From: Mytilus trossulus
Lineage: Eukaryota
Assembly: GCF_036588685.1 (NCBI RefSeq)
Contig: NC_086373.1
Location: forward strand, 10,044,001 to 10,108,000
DNA length: 64,000 nt
Direction: 5' to 3'
Positions 1 to 14,110 of this stretch are shown piece by piece. Each line of letters starts with the position of its first letter. Positions within the stretch are counted from its first letter, which is position 1. The translations under genes and the position numbers were made by a program. Below the pieces are notes generated by a model. The model saw only the letters and a list, made by a program, of their open reading frames with translations, was not told the DNA's origin and did no database searches.

Positions 1-1138
1 TTTTAGTCATTGTCTGGCATGATTATCGGATGAATTTACTAGCATTATGACGTTTTGTTATAGATCAACTATTTTTGTGTAAGATGTACATTTGTTTTGG
101 CTTCGAATATCTTACATTGATTCTTTGTCATTGATTATTGATAATTTTAAGTGAATGCTGTACTTATAGTCTCACTAAGAATAAAGTCTACTAGAATCAG
201 CAAAGGAGATAAGACATTTCAGCGTGATCACTGTTGTATTTATATCTTATTATAACTCATGGTACATATTAAAATGGAACACATAAATGTTGCCCTTTTT
301 AGCCAACTTAAGCTCCTGTGACCTTTATGTTTTATAAGTATTTTAATAATCAATTTGTAGTTTTGTATACAAAGTTAGACACGTCTCTGCAAAAATTACA
401 ATCACAAAAATACTGAATCTGAGTAAAATTCAAAGCGGATAGTCCTTAATCAATGGCAAACTCAAAAGTTCCAACACATCGAACGAATGGACAACAACTC
501 TCAAATTCCTGATTTGGTACAGGCATTTTCTATTGGTAGAAAATGGTGGTTTAAACCTGGTTGTGTAGCTATCTAAACCTCTCACTTATATGACAGTCGT
601 ATACAATTCCATTATATTGACAACGAATTGACAATGATGAGTGAACAAAACAAACAGACATAACAGGTAAAAATGTCAAAAATAGTGGAACAGCAGTCGA
701 TCTAAATCAATATAAAAACAATCAGATATATAAACAAACATTAACCATGACACAATAACACACTGACGTGATGTACGAGTATAGAGCCACGTCATATGCA
801 AGAAAGAAACACTTTTCAAGACTCACCAGTACAGATTGCAATTAATAAAAAGCAGAAAATACAGTTAAGTCTTTTTCACACAAATAAATGTTGGAATTAT
901 TACACGACATAAGAATAGTTATCAATGGTTACATTTTTCATATATATAACAATCTTCATTGTTTCATAAGAGTAAAATATTTGTAGAAAAAGAAATCGTT
1001 TTTGTGGGTTAACTTATTGTTTGATTCCTGTTTTGAATGCGCTAAATATTACAAAACCATATCTTCCCTGGCCTGATAGTTATTACCATGTCTCATATCT
1101 ACATTGAGAGCAACACAATCATAGTGCAGTGAGTTGAA

Positions 1139-1662
1139 AAAAGAGGGACGAAAGACACCAAAGGGACAGTCAAACTCGTAAATCTAAAACAAACTGACAA
1201 CGCCATGGCTAAAAATGAAAAAGACAAACAGAAAAACAATAGTACACATGACACAACATAGAAAACTAAAGAATAAAAAACACGAACCCCACCAAAAACT
1301 AGGGGTGATCTCAGGTGCTCCGGAAGGGTAAGCAGATCCTGCTCCACATGCGGCACCCGTCGTGTTGCTTATGTGATTACAAATCCGGTAAATAGTCTAA
1401 TTCGGTAGGTCAAATTCATGAAAGGGAAGGGGATTGTAGTTACGACGTAAGGAACATATCCGATATCATTTGTGAAACGGTTATTCCATAACGGTCAACC
1501 AACTCGTGATGGCGTCCGTAAAATTTACGAAGGGATGATTTCAACTTCACCATTTGGAACTCTTGATTTAATAGCTTCCTTGTGAGCAGTAACCCTCTAT
1601 CAAGAAAATCATGATAGGAAATGCAAGCACGGGAATATCGTATCAATTGGGAGATATATACC
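1139..1662 (-). mobile_element. Penelope-like (Naiad-type) retroelement, 3' fragment
   Basis: Encodes the RT C-terminus (YISQLIRYSRACISYHDFLDRGLLLTRKLLNQ...LRKFYGRHHEL) with no downstream GIY-YIG, followed by a 3' region repeated at 4990, 6800 and 10660. Confidence 0.8.
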
Positions 1663-2967
1663 CATTGAACATTCTTTATATCACACTCATGCCTATGTGG
1701 AGCAAAGTTTAAATAATGTGTACTCCGATATGCAAGTTACAAAATCTTGAGATATTTTCAAGATAATTGGAAAGTTCATATTTGTAAAAAGTGAATGAAT
1801 ATATCGATTCTAAAAATAGGTTCAGTTGCAATTACATTTGCTCATATGGTCCTTGAATCGGTAATTTACACATTTATTTTAAATCCAATTTGTTTGCATA
1901 CATGGTACTAAACCGCTATCGGCAGGGATTGAGCTTGGTTTTCACATGATAAAGACATAACCTTTCAATCAATTTAATTGAAGTCTGGAGATGGCATGTC
2001 AGTGGCTGATAATAGTTTATTAATTTATGTATCATTGTCTTTTTGCTTAATTTCTTTTGTTACCTATTCTGACATCGGACTTCTTTTAAACTGAGTTTGA
2101 TTGTGCGTATTGGTTTTGTGTTAGTCAAATTATTCAAATATAAGGAAAGTATATCTCCCGCATGCAAAGCCATGGCTTTGGCTATAATCGTTTTTCCTTT
2201 TAAGTTTATAGCTCTTCGTATTGTTAACAAATTTTGGATTTTCAAATAATTCAGACCTCGCAAATCAATGAAGAGGCATTAATTGATGAAATGCGCATCT
2301 GGTGCAGAAAACTGATACCGTTTATATTATTGCTGTGTGATTGTTTATTTTACTTTAGCTAGAGGTATCAAGTACTTTCCCAAGTCTGAAGCCTCTGTTC
2401 TTTGTTAGACTTGTATATATTTTTTAACTTTAGATCATGCATATGTTTTGACGTTTAGTTTGACGTCCATTTTCATTGAACTAGTGCACATTTTTGTTTA
2501 GGTTCCAGTTGAAGCCGGATTCCGGGTGCGGGATTTATCGCTGTGTAATGAATACCCATTGGTGGCTTTCTGCTGGTTTCAGCTCTATGGTCGGGTTGTT
2601 GTCTCTTGACTCATTCCTTATAACCATTCTCAAGATAATAATCATAATTGCTTTATGCAGTTCAAATTTCACATTATAAAGGTAAAACAATCATCACCCT
2701 GCAGTGATCAAATGCATTATATGTTGATGATAACTGCAAATCTGTTTTCAATTCATGTAAAATAATATAGAAAACGAAAAAAAATTAGTCTTTATATCTG
2801 CTGACTTCTACAACGGATATATCAAGTTATTTATTGTTCGATATACTTTAAATATTTCACAATAACTACATGCATTACCCGGTTTTTCATTTCAAATTTT
2901 GAAGTTGATCTATCAGAGGTATACAGATATGTTTTGGCTGTTCGTCTCCGGATGAAACTATCTTAGA

Positions 2968-3629
2968 TCATATGCGGTTCAGTGTCTTTGATTTCAGTTC
3001 CGTTTCTGGTAGTTTCTTCCAACAACATATTCGGATATATGCATTTCTAAACTGCAAATTCATCAATCCATATATGAGAGGGTTTATAGCGCTTCCTATG
3101 CATACAGATAACTGGCAAAACATGTGAAACTGCTTCGATAAAACTGTATTCCAGTCCACAATACCAGTAATTGTACATGGAAAATAGGAAAGAGCAAACA
3201 CTATAAATATTATCAACATCATTCTTGTCATGCGCATTTCTAATCGCTGGTTATGAATACCAAGCGACGAAAGCTGTCGACTCTTCTGTTTTAAACGGTG
3301 ATGACTTCTCAACGTGGTATGATATATTCTCACATAGTAATAGACAATAAGTACGCATGGAATCACCGCTCTGACAATCATAAGAAATATTTTAAAAAGC
3401 TGATTCTTGTGGTCCAGTAATAAATTACATGATACCATCATTGCAACATAACCAAAATTCCCCCAAACGCCTGTCAGCGCTGGAACTAAACATAGGACTG
3501 GTACAAACCAAGCAATAGCTAACATTATAGTAATGTTCCTGTTTGTGTACAATGTCTTATAGCAACCTGGATCCAGTACAAGCTTGCATCGATTGTATGC
3601 TATCAAGGTTATAGTTATAATTGTCGTTC
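2968..3629 (-). CDS. Class A GPCR, coding exon 3 (TM3 to C-terminus); total 334 aa
   Basis: tttag| acceptor; IAYNRC (DRY variant), TM4 W, WGNFG...C loop, FALSYFP, SAINPLIYG...QFRNAY; stop at 2968. Confidence 0.93.
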
Positions 3630-4671
3630 CTAAAATATAGATGAATAAGTAATTTATTAGTACAACCATTTTTTTTTTATCTCAATTGTCTTCAATAATT
3701 ACAGATCGTCTAAATTCTTAATCCATTTCAATAATGCAGCATCTACTTTGTTTTTATAACAGCTTACTATGAAGTGCGAAACTACGTCATCTAACAATAC
3801 AAAATGACCCATTAGTCATGGCATTACTGTATTTTCAATAATTATGATATATGAACCCATTACATGAAATACTTCCAGGATAAATGTTTGTAGAAATGGA
3901 TCTCAAGTAAAAAATAACGCCGTTAATATAGATTATGTAAAGAAGAAAACATTCCAATAAGAAAAAACCCATAACATTCTATTAAAATATATTGAACCAA
4001 AAAATTTGACATCTGTACATCACTGACATTAAGAAAGAAAAACACTTAGGGAAATACTGTCTACATAGAATAAAATTATAGTTTACACCAAAGATAAATT
4101 AAATTCTTAATCTACTGTTCTGTTAATCAAATTAGTCGAAAAACACATTAAGACACATTAATTTTGTACGCCAGAATTGCATCACGTTAACATCAAACTC
4201 ATCAGCGAAGCTCGAATGAAAACAGTTAGATAGCCAAATCAAATATAAAATGATGACATAAGCTATATAGAAATTTGCATTTATATTTTAAAGAAAATAG
4301 ATCGACTAATACTTTTTTCATACTGGTTTATATAAAGATTATGAATACTGCGTCAGAAATCTGGAAATCATTTGATTTTTGACATGGTGGAAATAACTGT
4401 ACGTTAGATTATATTTAAGAAAAACATATATCAAAATGTTTTCTCTATCATAGCTGTGTGATAACAAATAGTTACTTTTTTGAGATTTTTTTATTTTAGT
4501 TAAGAAATTATTTTTGCCATTATAAATATTAAAAAACCGTTCAACGTCTTGTCTGTTTTCTGTGGTTTTATTGGTTGTCGCTTTTGATATTTGATTTGTT
4601 GTTGGTTATTTCGTTGATTTTTTTGTTTTGTTTTTTCTTGAGGTGTGATATTTGAGATTAATACAACTAAC

Positions 4672-4875
4672 CAGTTAATGTGTACCCTAGAAATCCTATA
4701 AATTTACATAAATACGTTTCTATAAACCATCCATCAGCTATATATGTATATATATTGAAGGGTAGTACGCATACAACACTAAGCAAATCGCAGACCGACA
4801 GGTTCATCACAAAGATATTTGACACTGTTTGCAGTTTCTTTACTTTTCTAATTGCTAACAAAACCATTACATTTC
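4672..4875 (-). CDS. Class A GPCR, coding exon 2 (TM1 end to TM3)
   Basis: ttcag| acceptor; GNVMVLLAI...NIFVMNLSVCDLL...W...LCKFIGFLGYTLTG; |gttagt donor; 204 nt, phase 1-1. Confidence 0.92.
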
Positions 4876-4989
4876 CTGAAATGAAAACATCAAAATCTGG
4901 AAATTTTTACAGGACTAACAACGTTTAAAAGATGAAAGTTTTATGAGAAGACACCCGAATTTGACACAACCACATTTTATGTAGCAATT

Positions 4990-5205
4990 ACCACGACGGG
5001 TGCCACATGTGGAACATAATCTGCTTACCCTTCCGGAGCAACTGAGATCACCCTAAGTTTTTGGTGTTGCTTAACCTTTAGTTTTCTATGTCATGTGTAC
5101 TATTATTTGTCTGTTCGGCTTTTTCACTTTTAGCCATGGTGTTGTCAGTTTAATTTTTCGATCTATGAGTTTGACGGTCCCTCTGGTATATGTCGCTCCT
5201 CTTTT
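4990..5205 (+). mobile_element. Naiad-type PLE 3' UTR fragment
   Basis: Reverse-complement match to 1140-1365. Confidence 0.8.
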
Positions 5206-6915
5206 ATGTAGTTTGATTGTGAAGTAAAACAATCCATAGACTATGCGTCTCATTTATTGTATCCATCTACTATAGAATTGTATGTTTTTATTACTAAGAA
5301 AATACACATATTAACAAATCGAAAAGAAAAGAATCTTATTTTGATATTTACTATACCTGACCAACATTATTATAATACCGTTTGTGTCATCGTTTAGAAG
5401 AAAGGTAGATTTTTCTAAAATCGTTTGAGTTCCGTACGAGAAGCGACTGTTTAAGTGAATTAAACTCGTTTTTGTCCTAGGTATCAATGGCAGATCGATG
5501 AGATACATGCTATACAACTTTCAAAATATAATCGTTTTATACATTATGGGCGACTAAATTACACTAATCTGAACCTATTGACGCTATAGATAAATCATTC
5601 GAATATTAATAGGAATCTGCAGACGTTTTATTTAAAATGTACAATTAGTCTGACAAATCTCTATGTTGTCTTATCTTGATAGGAACAATATAATTTATGC
5701 ATTATAAAATTGAACTCAAGTATTATGATTTGTCAAACACATTAAATTTTGATCCAACTTAAAACGATAACATCTTGCATGAAACTACATTAGACAATAT
5801 TTCAACACGCGATAAAACTATTAAGTTTACTATGTCAACTGCTACGGGAGATATTGATATGTTCTATAATGCATTGAATCAATTATTGGCAATTGTTATA
5901 GTGTTAATATCATTAAAATGTCAGCACAAAATGAATTATTCTTTTGCTTTGAGTTTTGTAAGTATATGGATATTATGTCATGTATTTTTGTTCATCATAT
6001 CCCTTGTCCATTCCTATAAATATACAATCCAAACAAATGTCAATATAACAACTAATTCTGCTGCCCACTATGTCATGGTGGAGCTTATTGAAATCACATA
6101 TGTCTGATTGTTAACACAGCATTTTTTGAATATACAAGTATGCCAATCTTTTTGTCTTGAGTCCTCCACAGAAACCCCATTTCAAAGAACCTAGAATTGT
6201 GTAAAGCTATGTAGTATGCCAACTTGTAAAACTACATCATATACTTAGTGTATACAATAAAGTAAAAGTTAGCATTTCGTTTTATTGACTCGATTTACCT
6301 TGAGATAATTTGGGGGAATTTAACATATTGCCATTAAGCCTGTTAATATAACTAATGACAAACTCATTCTCATTCAAACCCTAGACCAACTACAAATTGA
6401 AAGATACAAAAAAACATTAGCACTACAAGATTGAAAAATAAATTATCTATTTGAAACCGACAAAGAATGGATATTTAATATGAGACAAGAATGATTGTAT
6501 TTGTAAATGTTAATTAAAAAAAAAATAGGATATGTTTTTATTTAACTTAATTGATTGTGGCAAGATAAGGTCATATGAAATTTTATACAAGGAAACATAG
6601 CAGTTTATCCTTGGACAATTGAGACAAGTCATATCCAGATATAGAACTAGGCCATTTTCAAAGATATATACAATGCAATTACCCCATTTAAGGCGTGATA
6701 ACCAAAAAGCTTTTCTTAAGAGTTAGTATAATTTCTTTCCTATTTATTCTCAACTACCACATAATTACATCACTTTTATTCTAAATTAATCGTTTCCTGC
6801 TAAAGATACCAGAGGGACATACAACTCCTAGATAGAAAATAAACTGACAAAACCATGGCTAAATAAGAAAAAGACAAACAGACAAATAATAGTACACAAG
6901 ACACAGTCAACATAA

Positions 6916-8045
6916 ACAAGAGTGCGCACACTGAAATGACTCGCTTCTTTACTAACCATTGATTTCACGTTGGTAGTCCTCTATATAAAGCTTTTCTTCA
7001 GGTATCAAATAAACTTAACATGATCCAAAAAAATTAAGTCAAAGATAAACTAAACGATAAATACATGTACACCTTTCAAGTATTCAATACACTAATTAAT
7101 GTTGACCTATTGCTTATAGTTTCTAAGACATAGACTTCACCAAGAAACATTAACATTAACCAATGTGTAACATGAACATTTAGTCAAGGTCAGATGAACC
7201 ATGACATACAGACATGTATACCTTACTATCTAACTATGCATTTAATATCGTTGTCTTATTGCTGATCGTAACTTGGAAACAAATTTAACCATGAAAACAT
7301 AAGCTTAACATTGATGAATGAACCATGAAAAAGAGGTCAAGGTCAGATAATACAGACAGGTATATCCTATTCCACAAATAAAGTTGACCAATTACTTATT
7401 ATTCAAAAAATAAAACACCAAAACTCACATGAAATAAGGTCATGGTCAAATAAAACCTGCGAGACTGACATGTATATCATAAAATATTTTCATACACTAA
7501 ATATAGTTGACCTATTACATATAGTATTAGAAAAAAAGTACCAAACATTTTAATTTACCACAGAACCATGAAAATGAGGTCAAGGTCTGATGCAGATGAC
7601 ACCTTTCAGTTAGACATGTTCACCTTACAATCATTCCATTCACCTAAGATAGAAGACTTATTGCTGATAATATCTAAGATACGGACTTGACCACCAAAAC
7701 TTAACCTGTTTCACTGATCCATGAAATGAGGTCGAGGTCAACTGACGGGTATAATGACCTTACCAACTAGGCACATACTGAATATTGCTATCATTTATCT
7801 CATAACAAGAAGGAAATTAACATTACAAAAGCCTTTTTTTTCAAGTAGACACTGAACCATGAAAATGAGGTCAAGGACAACTAACAAATGACAGACGACA
7901 ACTTTGTACCATAAGGCGTATACTATATACAAAGTATGAAGCATTTTAAGGTCTTCCACCTTCTGAAATATAAATCTTTTAAGACGTTAGCTAGAGCCAC
8001 CGCCGTAGCTGTAGCCGGATCACTAAAGTCGCAGGCTCGACAAAA
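6916..8045. mobile_element. Non-autonomous element with internal CATGAAAATGAGGTCAAGGTCA subrepeats (Helentron/HINE-like)
   Basis: Six to seven diverged internal repeats; aacaagag and gcaggctcgacaaaaa ends; interrupts a PLE 3' fragment (6800-6905 / 8045-8125). Confidence 0.55.
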
Positions 8046-8617
8046 ACTAAAGATTGAAAACAAGAACCCCACAAAAAATTGAAGGTGATCTTTGTTGCAC
8101 AGGAAGGAGAGAAGCAAAGTATCCTTATTTAATTGTAAAATTCTACATAATAAAATTAACGGTATGTTTACACCAGATGCACATTTAAACAATCAATATA
8201 TCTTCGGTGATGAACGAAAATATTCCAAGGTTCAAAAGCTAATTTAAACATCAAAGATCTCAGAAAACTGAATTGAAAAAAGTAGAGGCAAACCCTGATA
8301 AGGAAGAAGGTCTATGCGCAAGGGAAATGTTTATTTTGAATATTTTCGCCTTCGTGTTGCTTTTGAGATTTATTTATTACATGGCAAAATAAAATAACAA
8401 AACACATAAAAAAAATGGGCAAGAACTGCCATATTCCTGACTTGGTACATGCATTTTCAAATACAGAAAATGGTGGATTAAACCTGGTTTTATAGCGCTA
8501 ACCCTCTCACTTAGATGACAGTATCTGATTACTAGTAGTTGCTACAAAAATCTAAATGCTAATTTCTAAGAAAAGAAGTAAGTTTTTGCTCTACAACAAA
8601 TGACAAAGTTCACATAC

Positions 8618-8756
8618 CTGCACAACCAGTTGCGATGACAAGTGTGACTAGACCAATTGCAAGGTATACCCATTGATCCCCACGACTCAACAAGATTTCA
8701 GCTGTTTGTACGCCAATCTGGCCGCCATCTGACTCGTTGTTTACTGTCTCGTTCAT
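8618..8756 (-). CDS. Class A GPCR (moody/Tre1/melatonin-receptor-like), coding exon 1 of 3
   Basis: tttag|ATG start; MNETVNNESDGGQIG...WVYLAIGLVTLVIATGCA-G has two N-glycosylation sequons and TM1; ends G|gtatgt, phase 1, matching the next exon. Confidence 0.85.
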
Positions 8757-9552
8757 CTAAAGGTAAAGTTTATCTTTCATCAGTAAACTAAACCAACATA
8801 GAAACATGTAAAATTGGTTATGATTGGAAAAACGGCATGACTCTTTAAATTCTAACTCAGTTGAATATCATATATATAACTTAACTATTCATATTGCGTT
8901 TTATGATCTAAGATATATGCCACAACCTGCTAGAGCATTTGAGTCTATAACAGCTTTTGGTAGGTTATCGTGTTGCTTAATATTTAGTTGAATGTAGTGT
9001 TTGTCTCTTCGTCATTTCCTCTTAGCTAAAGAGTTTCTGTTTTACTACATGTCTAGAACTGTAAATTAACGTCATTATACCGCTTGAATAACAGTTATAA
9101 AGAGATTAACGTCAGTTTTTTGTTCAATATAGATAAGTTAAACGTAACATTTACCGGCCAATCCATCAGAAAACTATTGTATCCCTATGCCTCCAGTTTG
9201 AATTGAAACGTGCAAAACGTCTCGGGTATTCATTGGTGTTGTGACTCGTTTATACAATGGTCTTGGGGATTTCTTGACATTCAATCAAGTGACAAGAAAT
9301 AGTTGTTGTTTTACGGTATGACGTGTATAGACTGCTATATATGGTATCTATATGAAGAAAAAACAACTTTATGACGGGTTGATTGATTGTCAGTTTTATA
9401 CAAATCACAATTTTCTAACTTTTCTGTTTATGTTTCATTAACTACGTGTATGTTCCGGCTAACTTTTAATCACGTGATGTCTATGTATGTTCATATTTTG
9501 TAAGTTGGTATTAATGATTTTTACAACATGTGTGATAACTGAATTGTTTGGG

Positions 9553-9730
9553 GATATATATATATATATATATATATATACCTCGTCTAAACATCAACCC
9601 AACAATGTTAGATCTGTAAATTTGCTTTCGCAAATTTTTGGTTCTTCCCTCGCCGGGATTCGAACCCATGCTACTGTGATATCGTGACACCAAATCGCCT
9701 GCACTGCAGATATATATATATATATATATA
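9553..9730 (-). mobile_element. tRNA-derived SINE inside a (TA)n microsatellite
   Basis: B-box GGGTTCGAATCCC on the minus strand (~9652-9667); flanked on both sides by (TA)n; 3' part repeated at 21007-21080. Confidence 0.75.
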
Positions 9731-9964
9731 AAATGACTGAATAAATAGTCAACGATTAATCTTACAGGGCGATGGATCATGTAATATGATTCTGTACACT
9801 ACAAAATATAATATATAACAAGTCAACACAGGTACAACATCACCATAAAATAACTATAAAATGAACAAATATTATATATTTCGGATAACAGATATCCTTC
9901 TTCAATAATAGCACGATGCCAAATGAATCATGTCAATATAATTATATCATTAGATAAGACTATA

Positions 9965-10250
9965 TATAGATATAGGAAGATGTGGTGTGAGTGCCAATGA
10001 GACAACTCTCCATCCAAATAACAATTTAAAATAAAGTAAACCATTATAGGTCAATGTACGGCCTTCTACACGGAGCCTTGGCTCACACCGAACAACAAGC
10101 TATAAAGGGCCCCAAAATTACTAGTGTAAAACCATTCAAACGGGAAAACTAACGGTCTAATATATATATATATATATATAAAAAACAAAAACGAGAAACG
10201 AGAAACACGTATAAATTACATAAACAAACGACAACTACTGTACATCAGAT
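9965..10250. repeat. Interspersed repeat family (AAGATGTGGT...CCAATGAGACAACT end)
   Basis: Related fragments at ~30333-30372 (rc), 35490-35740, 38150-38300, 38815-38885 and 55160-55190. Confidence 0.65.
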
Positions 10251-10657
10251 ATATAAAATATGTGAAGACATCAAATTTGAAAATAAGATCAGTTTTGTAC
10301 AAAAGAAAAATTTCAAAAAATATCCAGCTTTTAAAGTACTAACCAGAAATTCTTAAAAGGACAGATAAGACATACATTCAATAACATATTTCAAAATATT
10401 GAAATAAACATTTTATGTAGTACACTTGAACATCAACATTATTTGAGAATTTTCAAGCAATTTTTTAGATAATATAATTATAAGTTTACATTACTTTTAT
10501 CGGATCATCTTATAATTTTTTAGAATGGACTTGACGGTAATATGGAATTCATTCATGACACAAATAAGGCATGACATCCTATGATATTGTTTCCTATTAT
10601 CGAGTGTGACATTTTTACTGAGATCGAATCAGCATTGCTGGTATATGCTTACTCTTC

Positions 10658-11620
10658 AAAGAGGGGCGAAAAGTACTGGAGGGACATTCAAACTTATAGA
10701 TCTAAAACAAACTGAAAAACAATAGTACACAAGACACAACATAGAATACTAAAGAATAAGCAACACGAACTCCACCAAAACCTAGGGGTGATCTCGGTGC
10801 TTGGGAGGGGTACTTTACTCCTGATCCACATGTGGCACCCGTCGTGTTGCTCATAACGGTCAAAAGTGAACCTGAAAGACATAAGGAACATATCCGAAAT
10901 CATCTGTGAAACGGATATTCCGTAACGGTCAACCAATTCGTGATGGCGTCCGTAAAACTTACGAAGGGATTTTAACTGATGCGTTCAACAAATCGCAAAA
11001 TTTTGAATTGTTAAGATCCACATCTGATTAACGCCACCTCTAGAATAAGTAGTGTCACAATAACTTTGAAGTCTACATTTGGTTGTTGATGAAATTGATG
11101 TTTGTAATTTAGAAAGAGGTTGCGTGGAGCACTTGGCATATCCAGCAATATACCGTTGTTTGTAAGGACACGTATGTAGTTTAAGTATCTAATACAGTGA
11201 TGGAAGGTTCAGTTCTTTATCTTTGGTTGAAATTCCAAAGGAAATCAGAACAGACCAATGATTATGCAGGATTTTCTCTTTGCTAAGTGTCGTGAGGATA
11301 TATGTTGAGTTTCCAAGTGAACTGTCAATACATAGTTCATTAATCAGTCAGTTTATCACTTTCTGTAATGAGATTTACAAACAAAAACTATGTTGTTTGG
11401 GGCTTTATTTGCGGGAACAACAATATACTTGTCATGGAGGTAGAACAAGTGTCTTACAAAATTTTGGGTCTTTACAGATTAATGTAGAATGGCTACGTCA
11501 TATTTGGTACCTGGATTTGACTCTCTTTTTAATCAATTTATGTAATTTGAAAACTTTTTTTGACTTAGTTGGGGTTTTTCCGCATGGCATTGACAGTTGC
11601 CTTCTATTTATGAATTTGAA
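10658..11620 (-). mobile_element. Degenerate, internally deleted Naiad-type PLE (RT N-part plus 3' end)
   Basis: Minus-strand translation with stops: NELCIDSSLGNSTY...KEKILHNHWSVLISFGI...LPSLY*ILKLHTCPYKQRYIAG...YSRGGVNQMWIL, joined to the same 3' end as 1139-1530. Confidence 0.78.
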
Positions 11621-12411
11621 TAAGCCTTTGATATTTTCCGTCTCTCTTTTATTTGTGATATAAAATTGTATTGAGCGAATCAAATCGTAAAACGATAGAT
11701 AAAGTTGAAAACTTAAAAAAGAGACCAATTATGTTAAGTAAGACAGTATTTGTATTTGATTTCTTGACTCGATGGTAATACTAAACGGCAGTTAACAATA
11801 AAACTGCAAGCACATCGGTGTTTGGGGTCAAATTAAACGAATGAATATGGATATAATGCTTAGTTTACGAATGTATAAACTTAATCCATACTGCTGAATA
11901 AATCGTATAACAAAATTAAAAGTGCTAAAGAAAAAAATAAAGTTATGAACTATCAAATACTTAAGATTAATCACATAATGTGTTTCTGACATTTCAACAA
12001 ATTTTCTCGGATAACTTGAACTCTTCTTTATCGGCAAAAAGGATTAATTGTACTTTTGAAAAATAATTCAGTTCACAACATGATTATAAACATTATCTTA
12101 AAGTTTATACAGATCGTTATGTAAAAGTTATACGTTGATGACGGATGTAAAGCAGTGGGAATTTGTAATGAAGTGTACGATACAATACAATATCATTATA
12201 CGTAAAATGTACGCTAGTCACGTCTGCTTATTACCTTTAATTAATTGATTGTTGGTTGCCTCACTGCCAGTGGCAAATATGTTATGCATGGTCAAGAAGA
12301 GCTCCTGGTTGAGTATTTTTGTGGATTAGTCCATCTCAGATTTATAATTTAAATTAAGTTGAAAGTAGTGTATCGATGTTCAAATATTGCGAATCAATTA
12401 AGAATAGAAGA

Positions 12412-13285
12412 ATCAAGAAAAAAAATTTAAAAAAAATGGCGGAATCGCAGGAACTCTTAAAGCGGCGGAATTCATTTCGTCTACAGAGTAACTATAAGCG
12501 TCACTTGCTATATAAGTAGAAATGAAGATATTGAACTTCACATTAAATGATTTTTGCCTAGTTGATGAATATTTACAAATGGATTCGTGCATTAAATCGG
12601 ACGGAAACAGGTCAAGAAATTATTCAGTTAGTTCGTTTAATTTCTTGACTACCTTCAGAACTATTTCCTATGTTGCTAACTTGGTTAGTATTACAGTGTA
12701 ACTATTTGGTTACCATGTTGATGATGTATGTTTGTTATTTTTTTTAAATACAATACTAGTATCATATTTTGGTAACTTATTACTACAATATCAATTAATT
12801 CTTTTAGCTACTCGATATAATAATGTTTTATTTGGAAACTGAATAGTACAAATATCAAGAAAACAAAAATAAAATTGGCGGAATCGCAGGAACTCTTAAA
12901 GCGGCGAGATTTATTTCGTCTACAGAGATACTAAGCGTCACTTGCTATATAAGTAGAAATGAAGATATTGAACTTCACATTTTTGCCTAGTTGATAAATA
13001 TTTACATATGGTTTCGTGCATTAAATCGGACGGAAACAGGTGAAGACATTATTCGGTTAGTTCCTTAAATTTCTTGACTACTTTCAGAACTATTTCCTAT
13101 GTTGCTTACTTGATTAGTATTACAATGTAACAATTTGGTTACCATGTTGATGATTTATGTTGGATTTTTTTAAAATACAATACTAGTATCACAATTTGGT
13201 AACTTAGTACTACAATATCAATTAATTTTTTTAGCTACTCAATATAACAATGTTTTATTTTGGAAACTGAATAGTACAAATATCA
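12412..13285. repeat. Direct tandem duplication of a ~440-bp unit
   Basis: 12412-12853 and 12854-13285 align end to end with scattered substitutions and small indels. Confidence 0.92.
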
Positions 13286-14110
13286 TTAATAATTCCAATT
13301 TTGATACACCATAATGATAAATTTTAGATACTTAAATAGTGTAATGAATTGTATAAACCTTTGGTGAACCGCTAACACAGAAAAAGCATAAAGAATGCAG
13401 TTTACTATATCAAAATAATCAAGCAACTTAAATCTTCACATCTCTAACTTAATTGAATAAGATCACATACCTTATTTTTGCTTGAATATACATGCATATG
13501 TATTTTTTTTAATTAAAAGATCCAGTGATATACTCAGTGATGACACGTGCTTCTTAAAACTGAACTAAAACACTTTACATTTATCATAAGAATTTATATA
13601 TTTAAAGTTCAGTTAAGAGTGAAATGTTGATTTTTATAAATATAGTCCTTCTTCCATCAACATTTCTTTAAATGTGTATTGCTTTGGAGAGTAAAGGAAC
13701 AATACAGCACTGTATCTAGAAGTGAAATGTATAATTCATAATGACGTCAATTACCGTCTTACATTGATTACACAACCCGTACAAGTTTATAATGTATCGG
13801 TATGATCCATTAACGATGGTCTTGATACTACGAGAGTTGGAAATGTTTATATTGTAGATGTACGACTTTTCAATAGGTTGAATTATATTGTTTTCGATAG
13901 ACTTTTTCTTAAAAGCTGGGTGGCTATAAACTCTGTTTAACAAAGTTTAAGAAAAAAAGCTAATAACAAAAAAACGAACTCCAAGGGAAATTTAAACAGA
14001 AAGTCTTTTATAAAATTGTAAAATCAAAAGCTAAAACTCATCTCATATTAGGACTATCATGATGTATTATTTGAAAAGTTAATAATAACATAAACGGTAT
14101 CATTTTTTCT

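Noticed and set aside
1099-1356. 85-aa hydrophobic ORF as a membrane protein gene
   Set aside because: It is the 3' UTR of a multicopy retroelement and the frame is not preserved in other copies
9640-9708. tRNA gene
   Set aside because: B-box present but no complete cloverleaf; continues into a repeated tail, so it is a SINE head
12475-12505. Hammerhead in the 440-bp duplication (tttcgtctac...)
   Set aside because: GAAA side present but no CUGANGA core
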